Part shown: positions 27,065 to 39,290 of the stretch, one piece after another
How the letters are laid out: each line of letters begins with the position of its first letter
Position numbering within the stretch: the stretch's first letter is position 1
Assembly (NCBI GenBank): GCA_030770535.1
Contig: JASVEC010000001.1
Location: forward strand, 62,001 to 126,000
Direction of reading: 5' to 3'
Origin: Batkoa obscura
Lineage: Eukaryota
Length of the DNA stretch: 64,000 nt
Translations under genes and position numbers: made by a program
The notes under the pieces: model-generated
The model's database searches: none
Told to the model about the DNA's origin: nothing
What the model saw: the letters and a program-made list of their open reading frames with translations, nothing else

Positions 27065-28619
27065 TTATAAATCAATACTAGAGATTTGTCTTTTAACTGA
27101 ATTAGGGGCTTGTCTATTCATAGTTACCCAATTAATCGATTGCATTTGAACTACTCTTGAATACGTTCTTTGTAAAGCAAACGTTTCTTCATCTACAACA
27201 CTATTTGATGAGTCTTTATTATCTTGTGATTCTCCTATCAAATTATTATTCCCCTTTGGTTGAAATAATAATTCAGTTTTATCAATAGAGAGACAGATTA
27301 AAGTATTCTATAAAAAAAGAGAAATAAAAATTAATTAATTATTAAGTTAAAACTTAAAATTTAATATATGAAAGCTTACTTTATTTTCATATAATGCATC
27401 AATTAAAGTAATAAATCTTCGAATTATATTACGATCACATTGATAAATATAGGGGATATTCGATAAAAAGACACTATGATATTTTTCACTTAATTTTAAA
27501 TAATCCGCTGCATTTAAGGGCTACAATAAATATAATCAATTAATATTTTTGATAATAAATAATAAATAATAAATAATAAATAATAAATAATAAATTATTG
27601 TTTCTCTTACTTGAACACATAATTCTTCAAAAGTGAATTTAGCTACTCCATTATTAGCATATGGTACTATTAATTCTCGTCCCAAGAAATGAAGTTTTTC
27701 TTGTTTAGCTAATTATATTTTTAAAATATTAATACTATTAAGATTATAATTAACAATAAATTACCTTGTTTTCCATTTAAAAATTCCTTAAATAAAACAT
27801 CAAATTTAAATTCATTGATTTCATTAATAGGACTATAATTCAATAATAATTAATAACAATTAATAGCAATTAATAATAAATTAAACAATTTGATTTACCT
27901 TAAATATAATTCATTTTTTTCAGTAACTAAATATTATTTAAAAATATTCATATAAATTATTAATTTTAATATATTGTCATTAATTAATTTACCTTGTCTT
28001 CTATAATCCAAACCAGAATTTAAATCAATTACATTTAATTTTTGTTTTAATAATTCAATACATGGTATAAAACTTTGTCGTTGAATACCATCTTTATATA
28101 GTTCTAATTTATATATTATTTAATATTATTAATCTCTTTTATTTTCTTATAATAACAAAATAATTGAAATTTACCATTTGGATGTCTATTCGAAGTAATT
28201 ATAATAGTTACATTATTTTTAAATAATTCATCAAATATTCTTCTTAAAATCATGGCATCTGCTATATCGGTTACCTAATTTAATATTAAAATTATATTAA
28301 AATAAAAATTAAATATGTTAATATTAAATCTTACTTGCAATTCATCAAAACAAAGTATTTTAGCATTTTTTGATAATTCCATAATAATAGGTGGTATTGG
28401 ATCCCTTATTTTTTTATTTTTTTTTATTTGATGAATACCTTAATTGATAAAATTATTATATAAATACTATTAATATTAATATACTTACGTTCATGTATTT
28501 CAATCATAAAAGCATGAAAATGAACTCTTCTTTTAGGTAGGATTGTTGGTAAACTATCATAAAATAATTCCATTAACATTGTTTTACCTGTACCTAAAAT
28601 AAATAAATTAAATTACTAC

Positions 28620-28653
<34 letters not shown>

Positions 28654-29133
28654 TTTACCTACACTACCAAATAAATAAATTCCATTATTATGCATTGTAT
28701 CTCCCTTTAGATCAATATTCTTTTTACTCTCCTCTTTTTTAATGAACCAAGATTTAACTTTATTTAATAACGATGTATTATTATTATTGTTATTATTATT
28801 ATTAACAATATTATTTAACGTAATATTATTATAATATTTATTTAATACATCAAAATAAATAATATCTAATAAATTAATAATTTTTAATTGAAATTCATCC
28901 ATATTATATATTTTATTTTTAACTTTAGATAAATATAATTTTTTAGGTGTATAATTGGTATTCATTAAAGAGATGGATTCTATTTCTTCATTAGTATTAG
29001 TATTATTATTATTGGTAATAATATTAGGGTTGATGTTGTTGAATCTAATTTTGGTAGTATGAACACAACATGTTAACTTGGGTTGAATAGATAGCCTTGT
29101 TCTATTAATTAATTGTCGGCTTCTTAATATCAT
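27065..29133 (-). CDS. AFG1: AFG1/LACE1 (ZapE-like) mitochondrial AAA ATPase, 10 exons
   Basis: [13 protein letters not shown] Walker A split by intron 28658-28594; [51 protein letters not shown]; Arg-rich presequence-like N-terminus. Confidence 0.93.
27552..27596. repeat. (AATAAAT)n heptamer repeat in an AFG1 intron
   Basis: About six tandem units read directly. Confidence 0.85.
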
Positions 29134-30185
29134 TATTGATTTTATATTCAAATTATTAGAAAATATTATATAAAGAGTTAATTGATTTTAAATTTATTCA
29201 TCCGAAATATCCACAATGAAATTCAAATATTCAATTTAATTGGTTCGTTTAGTTGACTAGGAAACATTTATAGATTTTAAAAACATTAAACATTAAAACT
29301 TCAATTAATATAAAAAAAATTAATATCATTATATATATTTCATTAAGTTTATCTTCTGTTTTTATTGGACAAATTAGTTCATGAAAAATATTAAAAATGA
29401 TTCAAGTTTCCTATAACTTGGACAAACTTAGAGAGTAGTTTTCAAATTCTATTATAATTCCAAGCTACTCATGGTCAACAGTAATCAAATATCATCATCC
29501 TACATAAGGAATGGTATTTAAAACATGTTATTAGGAGAAATGTCACACTATACTTTTCGTTTATTTTTATAACAAAGTTTAATTATTGATAATTTTAATA
29601 TTCTAAAGTTTGATTCTTGGTTTCGTTCTTGTCCTTTATATACTTCCACTTGTTATGGTTCTATATATTTTAGGACTCTTTTATTAAAATTCAAGTATCA
29701 TTACATACTATATAAGAAGTGAAACTCTTCTTTATTTTAACCTTTTGGGTTTAAACAGAATTTCTTAATATTAGATCACCAAATGGAATAGTAGTGATAT
29801 TTTATCATGTTTAATCTATCACTAAACATTATTTAGCAAATAATTTAAAGTGATGATATAATAATCTCTTGACTGCTTTAGTTATTTATTTAATAGTTTT
29901 TTAGCTTTTAATTGCATAAATAAGAAATAAACAATAAACAAATAAAGACATTTTGAAATTTATCAAATATAAGCTGATATTTATAAATTTTCCATTTCTT
30001 TATTCGAAAAGTTTGACATTTGTATTAAAGCCAATTTGAAATCCACCAATCAAACTTTAAAATCCTTAAAAATTTCTTAATTATTTGTTAAATTCCAATT
30101 GCCAAGCAAAGGGTAGTAAAAGACTATATAAACCCCAACTCATTCAATTTTTAAAAAAAATTAAACCTCACATTAAAAAAAAAAG

Positions 30186-30956
30186 ATGAGTAACTATAAC
30201 GATTATTTGGCCCAACAACAACAAATCCAACAGCAGCAATTACAAGCTCAGATTGATTTACAAAATCAAATTATTAATAATCATAATCAAAGCATTAATC
30301 AATATCAACAACAGCAATTGGAACAATTGAAAAATCAAGGAAATTATAATAATAATAACAACAACTATAATAATAATAATACTAATTATAGCAATAATAA
30401 TAATAATCAAGGTGTAATCTTCCCAACTCCAAATAAACCTTTAGAAGACCCTAATTTTTATAATGGGAATCAACATAATAACAATCATCATGACCAAAAT
30501 AATAATGAAGGAAAACCAAATGTAGATTCAGGCGTTGAACCATGGAAGGTAAATCTAATTTTTTATATTTATTAAAAAAACAAAAAGTGATGAATTCAAT
30601 TAATTAATCCTTAAATTTAGGTAGTTGCAGGTGTAGGTGGAGGTTTAGCAGCTGTAGCAGGGTTAGCTTATGGTGGATATAAATTAAATGAACATTTAAA
30701 TGAAAAGAAAAGTCAAAAATTAAAAGAAGAAGAAGAAAGGATGAATAATAAATTATTAGCGGAAGCTAATTATTATTCTAATAATAATAATGAACATAAA
30801 CAGAGTAATAATGGAAATTACGGTTATGTTAATAATAACAATAGTGGCTATAGTAATGAAAAATATGGTAAAGAACACAATACCTATAGTAATAATGGTA
30901 ATGAAAATTATAATAATAACATGAGTCATAATAATGGTTATAATAATGATACGAAT

Positions 30957-30996
<40 letters not shown>

Positions 30997-31067
30997 TGAA
31001 TCATAATAGTAGTTATTATAATGATAGTAAAGTTCCTTTCCCTCAGCCTTCAAATATGAGTTATGGC

Positions 31068-31098
<31 letters not shown>

Positions 31099-31139
31099 GT
31101 AGCTTCGGTATGCCTCAACCCCCTAAATATTATCAATAA
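30186..31139 (+). CDS. Q/N-rich low-complexity protein, paralogue of the 22897 gene, 2 exons (30186-30548, 30621-31139)
   Basis: Phase-0 intron after WK, then VVAGVGGGLAAVAGLAYGGYKLNEHL; shared QQQQLQAQIDxQNQIINNHN block. Confidence 0.85.
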
Positions 31140-31645
31140 AATAAGTTATAACTTATATATGTTTATAGTTTTAAAGTTCATATTATTTCATATTTTATTA
31201 TTTGTGTTATTTTTTATTTAGCATTTTATAAGAGGTAGTATTATATAAATCTATTAATAATTTTAGCAAATAGGTTTTTATCTTCTTATCATTATCCTAT
31301 AAAAATGGGATGAGTTTAAAGTTTCAATATATTGCATTTAAATAAATTAATTTATAAAAATTATATTTCTTTAGATACACACAATAGTATTGAGGAAATT
31401 GATTTTAAGTATAAGAATATGAATTATTAAAAAACAAGATTTACTGTCAATTAGTAATTAATTAACCATAGTTTACTTGTAAATATAAAATATTAATTCT
31501 TATTAAAAATAAAAACTAAATAATTAAATTTATACTAATTGTATTATTAATATAAAATCCATTATTATGTTTATATAATAATCATAATTAAAAATTTCAT
31601 AATTTATATATAAAAACTCTTGGGATAAGTAACTCAATAGAACAA

Positions 31646-31745
31646 ATGGGGATGTATTTTTTTGTTTAACAATTTTACTAACAATCTTTCCGCTGAAATA
31701 GCGCTTAAAAATGGAAAAAATAATGAAGCCAAAAAAAACACCCTA
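31646..31745. mobile_element. MITE family A
   Basis: ATGGGGATGTATTT...AAAACACCC. Confidence 0.85.
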
Positions 31746-31812
31746 AAATTAAGTTAATTTAAAAGAACATCAAATCTTTAAATAATAGTAGTAAATCAAA
31801 TATAAATGTGGA

Positions 31813-32041
31813 AGTAAAAGCTTGGTTAAAATTGAAGATAAAATTTTCCATTTTACTTTATTTATTTTTATCTAGTGTAAATTTTTGAAAAAATAAATAC
31901 TGGATAAAAAAACGTTTCAATATGAGTTATTTTAAAATTGAGCAAAAAACCAAATATTTCTATAGCACTTATTATTTAATTTGCAATTTTTGCTAAAATC
32001 TAAACTAGACAAAAATTGAATCAAGCTTTCAAACCTATATA
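31813..32041. mobile_element. MITE family B (~230 bp), left copy flanking the trypsin gene
   Basis: Reverse complement of 33768-34005 with about three substitutions; own ends AAAAGCTTGGTT...AATCAAGCTTT. Confidence 0.88.
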
Positions 32042-32792
32042 TACTCAACTCTCTATCTTCCCAATTTTTAAAAAAACATAGATTTGAAATAACATTTAAC
32101 AAATTCAACTAAATTTATAATATTAATAACATCAACAAAATCTATTAAATAGTAATCACAGTTAAAATTTAATTCGCCATCATCAACATTAACACAGTAC
32201 TAAGGTTGATATTGAAAAAAATAAGGTGGAAGGATGGTTTGAAAACAATTTAAATAGATATAATATTTTCAAAAGCTTACATACTAAATTGGGTTTATTT
32301 AGATAACTAAGAAATAGATTTTTCTAAGAAAATTAGTTTATTTTTATAAAACAAGTAAACTAATATTTGAATTATACATTTTGATTATTTTTTTAAAGTT
32401 TATATTGACGAATATTAGTATTGAAAAAGTATAATTTTTAATAACATTTATGGTAATCAATCAATTTTAATAAAAACTAAAACTAAAGCTAAACATTAAA
32501 ATATACCTCTTTTATTCTTATGAATAAATAGATTATATTAATACAAACTTTACAATTTCTATCAATCTTATTTCTTTATTATAACTTACTATCTCAATTA
32601 TCTCAATAAATTAAAACACTTATCTAAATATTAACTTCGAATAGTTAATTACTATAAAAGGAAATTATATCTAACAATTAATAAATTATTATAAATTTTA
32701 AAAAACAAAGAACATTAAAAATATAAAATAACAATCATAAATAAATCCAATCAACTCATACTCTTTTCTCAACTTCATACTTTTATAATACC

Positions 32793-33680
32793 ATGCTTCC
32801 ACTTGTACTTGTACTTCTACTATTGATCAATTGTATAACCAGCCAACATCGTATTGTCAATGGTAACGTTGCCAAGCCATTTAGTTACACATTTATTGTT
32901 TCTATTCAAAAAGAAGGAAGTCATTTTTGCGGTGGTTCCTTATTAGACTCTTCTACAATACTCACAGCTGCTCATTGCAAACCTGAAAATCTCAGCAACA
33001 TTACGGTTCATGTTCATCGATTTGATTTAAGTAAAACAGATGAAGAAGAATCGGGATTTAGTAGTGAAGTTCAACAAATCATTAATCATGAAGAATATGA
33101 TGAAGAAAATGTAGTAAATGATATATCCATTTGGAAATTAAAGAAAGAAATTTCAATGGAGGTGAAGCATCAAAATATTTTATTAGCTGAGAATAAGATT
33201 CAAGAAGATTTAAAAATCAAAAATTTAACTGTTATTGGATGGGGTTATCAAGTTTATGAAACTGAAGAAACTGCTAAAGAATTACAAGTAGCTAAAGTTA
33301 AGCTCGTCGATGTCAATAAATGTGCTAAAAAATGGAAAGAATTTGGTTCATTAGATAAAAACAAAATATTATGTACTAAATATCAACATAAAAAACAAAG
33401 TGTTTGTAATGGAGATTCAGGGGGTCCTTTGGTTTTTTACGATAACAAAAAGAATGCTTATGTACAGATAGGTATTGTTTCTTTTGGTGAAGAAAAATGT
33501 ATTATTGATAAAAATTTTCCAGATGGTTTTGTTAGAGTTCAATCGTATTTAGATTGGATTAATAAAACTAGAATTGGAACTAAAAGTGATAATGACAACA
33601 ATGAAGGGAAGTTAGCACCCAAAAATATATTACGTTCAATAATAAATCTTCTTTATACTGGTTATTCAGATAAATCTTAA
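32793..33680 (+). CDS. Secreted S1A trypsin-fold serine protease, intronless, 295 aa
   Basis: Signal peptide, R|IVNG activation site, CGGSL, LTAAHC, NDISI, CNGDSGGP; S1-pocket residue reads S (QSVCNGDS), so not Asp189 tryptic specificity. Confidence 0.95.
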   Translation: MLPLVLVLLLLINCITSQHRIVNGNVAKPFSYTFIVSIQKEGSHFCGGSLLDSSTILTAAHCKPENLSNITVHVHRFDLSKTDEEESGFSSEVQQIINHEEYDEENVVNDISIWKLKKEISMEVKHQNILLAENKIQEDLKIKNLTVIGWGYQVYETEETAKELQVAKVKLVDVNKCAKKWKEFGSLDKNKILCTKYQHKKQSVCNGDSGGPLVFYDNKKNAYVQIGIVSFGEEKCIIDKNFPDGFVRVQSYLDWINKTRIGTKSDNDNNEGKLAPKNILRSIINLLYTGYSDKS

Positions 33681-33767
33681 GTCAAATAAATAGTATGGAT
33701 ATAAATTAAAGTTTTTTTTTAATATTTATATTTATTAAAAATCAACTCTATTACTTTGAATTTTTTA

Positions 33768-34005
33768 TATATGGGTTAGTTTAAAAGCTTGGTTCAATTT
33801 TTGTCTAGTTTAGATTTTAGCAAAAATTGCAAATTAAATAATAAGTGCTATAGAAATATTTGGTTTTTTGCTCAATTTTAAAATAACTCATGTTGAAACG
33901 TTTTTTTATCCAGTATTTATTTTTTCAAAAATTTACACTAGATAAAAATAAATAAAGTAAAATGGAAAATTTTATCTTCAATTTTAACCAAGCTTTTACT
34001 CATAT
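33768..34005. mobile_element. MITE family B, right copy flanking the trypsin gene
   Basis: ATATGGGTTAGTTTAAAAGCTTGGTT...AACCAAGCTTTTACTCATAT inverted termini. Confidence 0.88.
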
Positions 34006-35197
34006 TAAATGTTTTAATAGTTAAATATAATCTAATACATAAGCATTTATAGAAATTCTAAAATATAGTATATGTAATTACAAAGGATGCAATATTACTA
34101 TAATACTAATATAAATATTAATTAGCTTAAGATCTTCTATTTTTAATAATTTTATATCGAAATTACAGTCTATAGCTAGGTATATTGTTTAATATAAAGG
34201 ATATCCTTTTTGATTCAGTGTTTTGTTCATTTTTTATGATATGAAATTTCAAAATACACTGAAATAAATTTTGAGATAAAAGACACAACCCTACAAGAAA
34301 TTATGTTTGGATTGAACATCAACTTGAGATAGGTGTGGTACCTTAATATCGTTTCGTCTAACTCTATTGAATATATCTACCTTAAAAGTCTTGTATTTAT
34401 TATCAATGATATTGGTATTAGCGTTTATAACAGATATAAACTCCGATTATTTTTAACTTGAACAAGTTAAAGTATTCGAAAACAAAGTGATATATTAATA
34501 TTAACTTATTAAGTAGTTCTATAATAGTTTAGTATTAATTTCAATAACATTTATGTCGTATTGATTTCAATAAAAGATTTTAAAGCCCAATTTTTATACG
34601 TTTGCAGCTAACTTGAATATAATATTCGTAAGCCAGCTCAATAACTCTTACTGAAAAAACCATGTTTAAAGTATTTTAAGTGTAATAAGATTTGATATAT
34701 AATTACAATAGCATAACCTCAAGTAATTCTCATTAACCAATGGCTACTCATTTCAACAAACGCATATAGTTTTTTATTGTATAGTCCTTGATCTTACATT
34801 TGATGGTAATATCAAACAATATAAATTAAAGGGAATAAATTGAGTAAATTGGTTTTGTGCAATATTTTACAAATTATGATCAGAGCTGCTTGATTAAAAA
34901 ATCCCTTATTTTTAGGCTGAAAATTATTAAGCCTATTTTTTTTCTAAATCCCGAAGAGTAGAAGCTATCAAATACTTTGTTTATGGTTATAAAAGGAAGA
35001 GGAATTAAATTATAAGAGTTGGGTTTTTATAAAGAAGATAAAGGTAGGTATGGGGTTATGTTAGTAGAAAATTAGATGATTAAAGAGAGAGGCATTAAAT
35101 CCTGTTTTAGAACTTTGTATTCCGCTAAAGCCTATTATTAAAATTCAATAATTGTAACCTAATTCGTTGAAATCTTTTAATTAGAATTGTAGGACTA

Positions 35198-35403
35198 TAA
35201 TTGGTCAAATTCTGAAAACCATATTACTTAAAGCCAATAAAATGGGGATTTGTCTCACTAATAGAATTAATTTAAGCCTATTGTTATCAAATTAAGTGAT
35301 AAAGCTAAATTAATTGGTCAATTTCAAATTTCAAATCTATTAAACCAATTATATTTCAAGAAACATGAGTTTCCTATCCTTAACCAAGGAAAATAGTATA
35401 AAC
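35198..35403 (+). promoter_or_regulatory. Putative promoter of the RRM gene: four CCAAT/ATTGG boxes and a TATA box
   Basis: ATTGG about 35200 and 35314, CCAAT about 35234 and 35345, TATAAA about 35397. Confidence 0.5.
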
Positions 35404-35459
35404 ACATAATTCAAAACGGTTTCCTATTTTCCTTTAATTGATAAAAGATAAATTAAAAA

Positions 35460-37854
35460 ATGAATTATAATCGCTTAAACCCATACCCCAAACAACGAGG
35501 AGGAAATGGACAAGATAATCAAAAATATTTAAATAACTATCGTGGGGGACCTAATACTCGAGAACATGGACGTAATAATATACGTTCCAATCGTGTTGGT
35601 TACCACCATAAAAGCAACAGTAACGGTTGGCCAAATAATAATAATAATAATATGAATTTTAATAGAAATACTTATGAACAAAGTTATGAAAAACCAAATT
35701 ATAATGCTTTTGTTAGGAATCAAGTTATTTCAAAGAGTTCAAAAGGTATGCATTTAATTTTAAAACCAGTGTGTCAAAATTACAATAGTTAAATGAAAAT
35801 ATTAAAAAAAAACAATCAAATCTTTGCGTAGTTAAAAATTTTATATTTGATTTAAAGATAGTTAAAACATATTACTTATTAAATTTTTTTAAAAGATTCA
35901 TCCAAAGCAGATAAACATGTAATAATTGAAAAATCAAGAGAAAATCCAGTACGTTGTTTATTTATAAGAAATATTGAGGTATATAACTATTGTTGATATT
36001 TTTTCGAATAATATCTAAAGCTTTTATTATTTAAAATATTTTTTATTTTATTCAAATTCATCTATTAAAGAGTGGAACACATGAGTCCGAATTGCTTGAT
36101 TTCTTTACGCCTTTTGGTGAGATTAAAACAACAGTGTATCATGATACAAAAGGTGTACTTTATATAACCTTTGTAAGTAAATTTCATTATTTTAAAAAAA
36201 TCAATACTTTGGTATAATATCCAATACTTTGTTAAAATCAGAAGCTATTTCTAGTTATATAAAGCCATTAATAAAATACTTATCTATTCTTTATAGTATG
36301 ATATTCGTGCAGCAATACAAGCTAAAGTTAGTGTTGATGGAATGAGCTTTAAATCAAAAACGGTATGTATAATTTTAAAAAGATGCTAATAAAAACTAAT
36401 GTTAATTAAATAGCTTGATGTACATTATTCTTTTTTCAAGGCAGGTACTGATTTCACCCTACCACCTGCAGGTATAGATAATCAGGTATTTTAATACAAA
36501 TATTATATAACAAAAAATAATTTCCTTTTTATAAGGGTTCGATTAAAATTGCATTTCCAAGTAACAGTGTCCCAACTGAAGAATATTTATATAATTTTTT
36601 TTCACAATTTGGCGAAATCGAAGATATCATTACTTGTGAAATTCCAAGGTAATAGTTATAACTAAACATCGATGATTGTTTATACTAATTTAATCAAAAT
36701 AGCACTAAGATTATTTCGTTTTTTGATGCTAGAGCATCACATGATGTCAAACACAAAGTCAATTGGGAATCTTTTGGTGTCCTTCCAACAGCATTTGATT
36801 TAGCATGGGATCCTCGTAGGTAAGTGTTTAACTATGATTATCAGACAAAGTATTTATATACTGTTTAGTTATAGTCAACCTGAAGCTGGTAAAGTAAAAA
36901 GTAAGGCTAAAAGTAAAACACTTAGTCCAAAGTATAAAAATGAAAGAAATTATGAAAGAAATTACTATGACAATCAAAACTATTATAATGAACCACAAAA
37001 TAATAACTCTTATTATAATAATAATACCTATGACTCAAATGCAACACCAGTGAACAATTATACTTCAGCTTATGCTTACGATTCACCTGGTAAAAGAAGT
37101 TATAACAATGATGATAACAATGGTATTATTGAATATAACCCAGCATCAACTTTACCTCATCAAAATACTGCAAAAAGAAACTTGGCTACTAAAGAAGTAA
37201 TTAAAACTAAAACTCTATTAATTAATTTAATTAATTGTATTTTAGATGACTTATAATGATTATAATAACTATAGCAAACAAGAATTAAAAGGAGAACCTC
37301 AGTTATCTCAATTTGAGGCTTATCAAAACAAATTTCAAATTAATAAGAAACAAGAAGAAATTGAAGCAGATTCTTATAATCCAGAATCATCCTTAAATCA
37401 ACTTGATAAAATAGCTGAAAAACAAAATCATTTAAGTTATGATAAAGGTAAATTTATATTATAAAATGTCAATATAAAATATTAACAAGTCCTAAAAGAT
37501 AATTATTATAACCCAAATTATAATAATAATGGCTTAAATACTAATTATTATAACAAAGTGGGAGTAAGTAAGAAAAATGATTATAGCAAATATAATGAAG
37601 ATAAAAATTTAGTATCAGAATATTTAAACAATTTAAATAAAACAGTAGAAAATAAAATAACTAATAATACTACTGTTGTAAAAGAAATAAATAATAGTAA
37701 TGAAACTAGTTGGAATGAAACTAGAAAAGCACCAGAAAATAATAATATGCAACAAGTATCTACACTACTTGAATTATTGGTAACTATAATAATATTCTTT
37801 TAAAACTATTAAATTAATTCGCTTGTTTAGGCTAAAGTTGGAGATAAAAAATAA
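35460..37854 (+). CDS. Two-RRM RNA-binding protein (Mei2-like RRM1/RRM2) with N/Y-rich tails, multi-exon
   Basis: Spliced VRCLFIRNIE|SG...FGEIK...KGVLYITF|YDIRAAIQAK...LDVHYS, then QG|SIKI...FSQFGEIEDI...ISFFDARAS...LAWD; C-terminal QQVSTLLELL|AKV; some 3' exon boundaries are uncertain. Confidence 0.8.
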
Positions 37855-38964
37855 ATAATCACGTGGTATAATTTAAAATTAATATGATTATTTGCACATT
37901 ATTTTATTATCTTTCAAAGTGATAAATATTAATATATCTTCCTCTCAATATAAATAAAATTTTAATCGCTTTTATTTTTTTCAAAGTTGTATACTCTTAT
38001 TTTCAATCAAACCAATTTTTTTATTAGTTTTTGTTTGTATGATCATGCTTAAAATAAGCTATCTTTTTCGAAAATTATCAGATCAAAATCTTTAAAGTTA
38101 AATTCAATTTCTAATAAAAAACTATCAAATTCTAAAGTTGACGAGGTTCTATTTTGAATATTAATGAATAAATGAATACTAATAAAAATTATAGAGTATA
38201 GAGAGATAAATTCAAAGGAAAGGGTTCAAATAAGTATATAATAGAATTTTTACAACAGAAATAGTATAAGAGTATTCAACTTTAAATAAAGATTAAAATG
38301 TGAGAATATTTTTAATTCTAATAATTTATCATATTTATGCAAAATAAGTTGAAAAAATTCTTAAAAAGCCTAGCCCCAAGTATTTGAAATTTTTGAGCAA
38401 AAAAAATATGCCCATATACTTTCGATCAAAACATGAAATGTAAAATCTTATTCAACTTTAATTTTTTCTTTAAAAATTTCTTATTTTTTATAAAAAAAGA
38501 TACTGTTGCCGCTTTGATATTTTCACTATGGTTTATGGTATGTAGGTAAGTTTCAAACCTGGTTAACATTGTCGCTAAAACTTCCCAGTTTGAGTTAGTG
38601 TTAGCTTTGGAATATTCACATACAAATCTCATTTTTGTTCTATTGATACTTTTTATGCAACCTAAAATTAAAATATTATCAATCAAATACTAGGAACAAT
38701 GTCAATTATTTTCATAGGGTTTGTACTTAGTTTCCGTTTTTCAGAAGGAGCTGAGACCGGAAAATAATTGAACCTTGGGTTTAAACTGATCTTGGATGCA
38801 GTATAGTGTTATCTTTTTTAAATTTAATATGATCTAATTTTCAAAAGGGGTTTATAATAGTTTAGGGTTGAAAGTTTATTTTATATCCAATTTAAAAATC
38901 CATATTATCTTGACTAAAAAATCCTTATTCTTTTTTTATTAATGATTATGGTTTTATCATATAA

Positions 38965-39255
38965 TTTCCCGCCTTTTTCTTACTTTATTATACAGACGAA
39001 TATTATTTAATAAATTGGAATGAACGCGACAATGACTATACGATTTCCTACTTTATTTAATTTACCATTTTCCGCCTTGCTATTTCAATATCGTAATTAT
39101 ATTTTCCACCTTTATATTTAAATATCACACTTCATTTTCCACCTTAATTAATTTTAATCATTTTAGTACAAAAAAATTCTAGTTTATTATCATAAATTTT
39201 CATTTCCCGCTTTACATTCAACCTCGAATTTTCCACCTTTTCAAAAGTATAAATA
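38965..39255 (+). promoter_or_regulatory. Cluster of TTTCC(C)RCC/TT motifs upstream of the TATA box of the hydroxylase gene
   Basis: Copies at about 38965, 39044, 39068, 39102, 39135, 39203 and 39229, all on the same strand. Confidence 0.6.
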
Positions 39256-39290
39256 TGAACCAGTTGACCATTTTTAAAAAAAATAAAAGA

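Noticed and set aside
23093..31053. Ile/Tyr-rich ORFs at 23093, 23146, 23560, 30756 and 30829
   Set aside because: Alternate-frame or antisense shadows of AAT/CAA-rich coding exons
36530..36550. GGTTCGATT resembling a tRNA T-loop
   Set aside because: Falls at the start of an RRM coding exon (GSI); no cloverleaf
38426..38686. 86-aa ORF faintly like a transposase N-terminal helix-turn-helix
   Set aside because: Non-ATG start, no downstream domain and no recognisable TIRs
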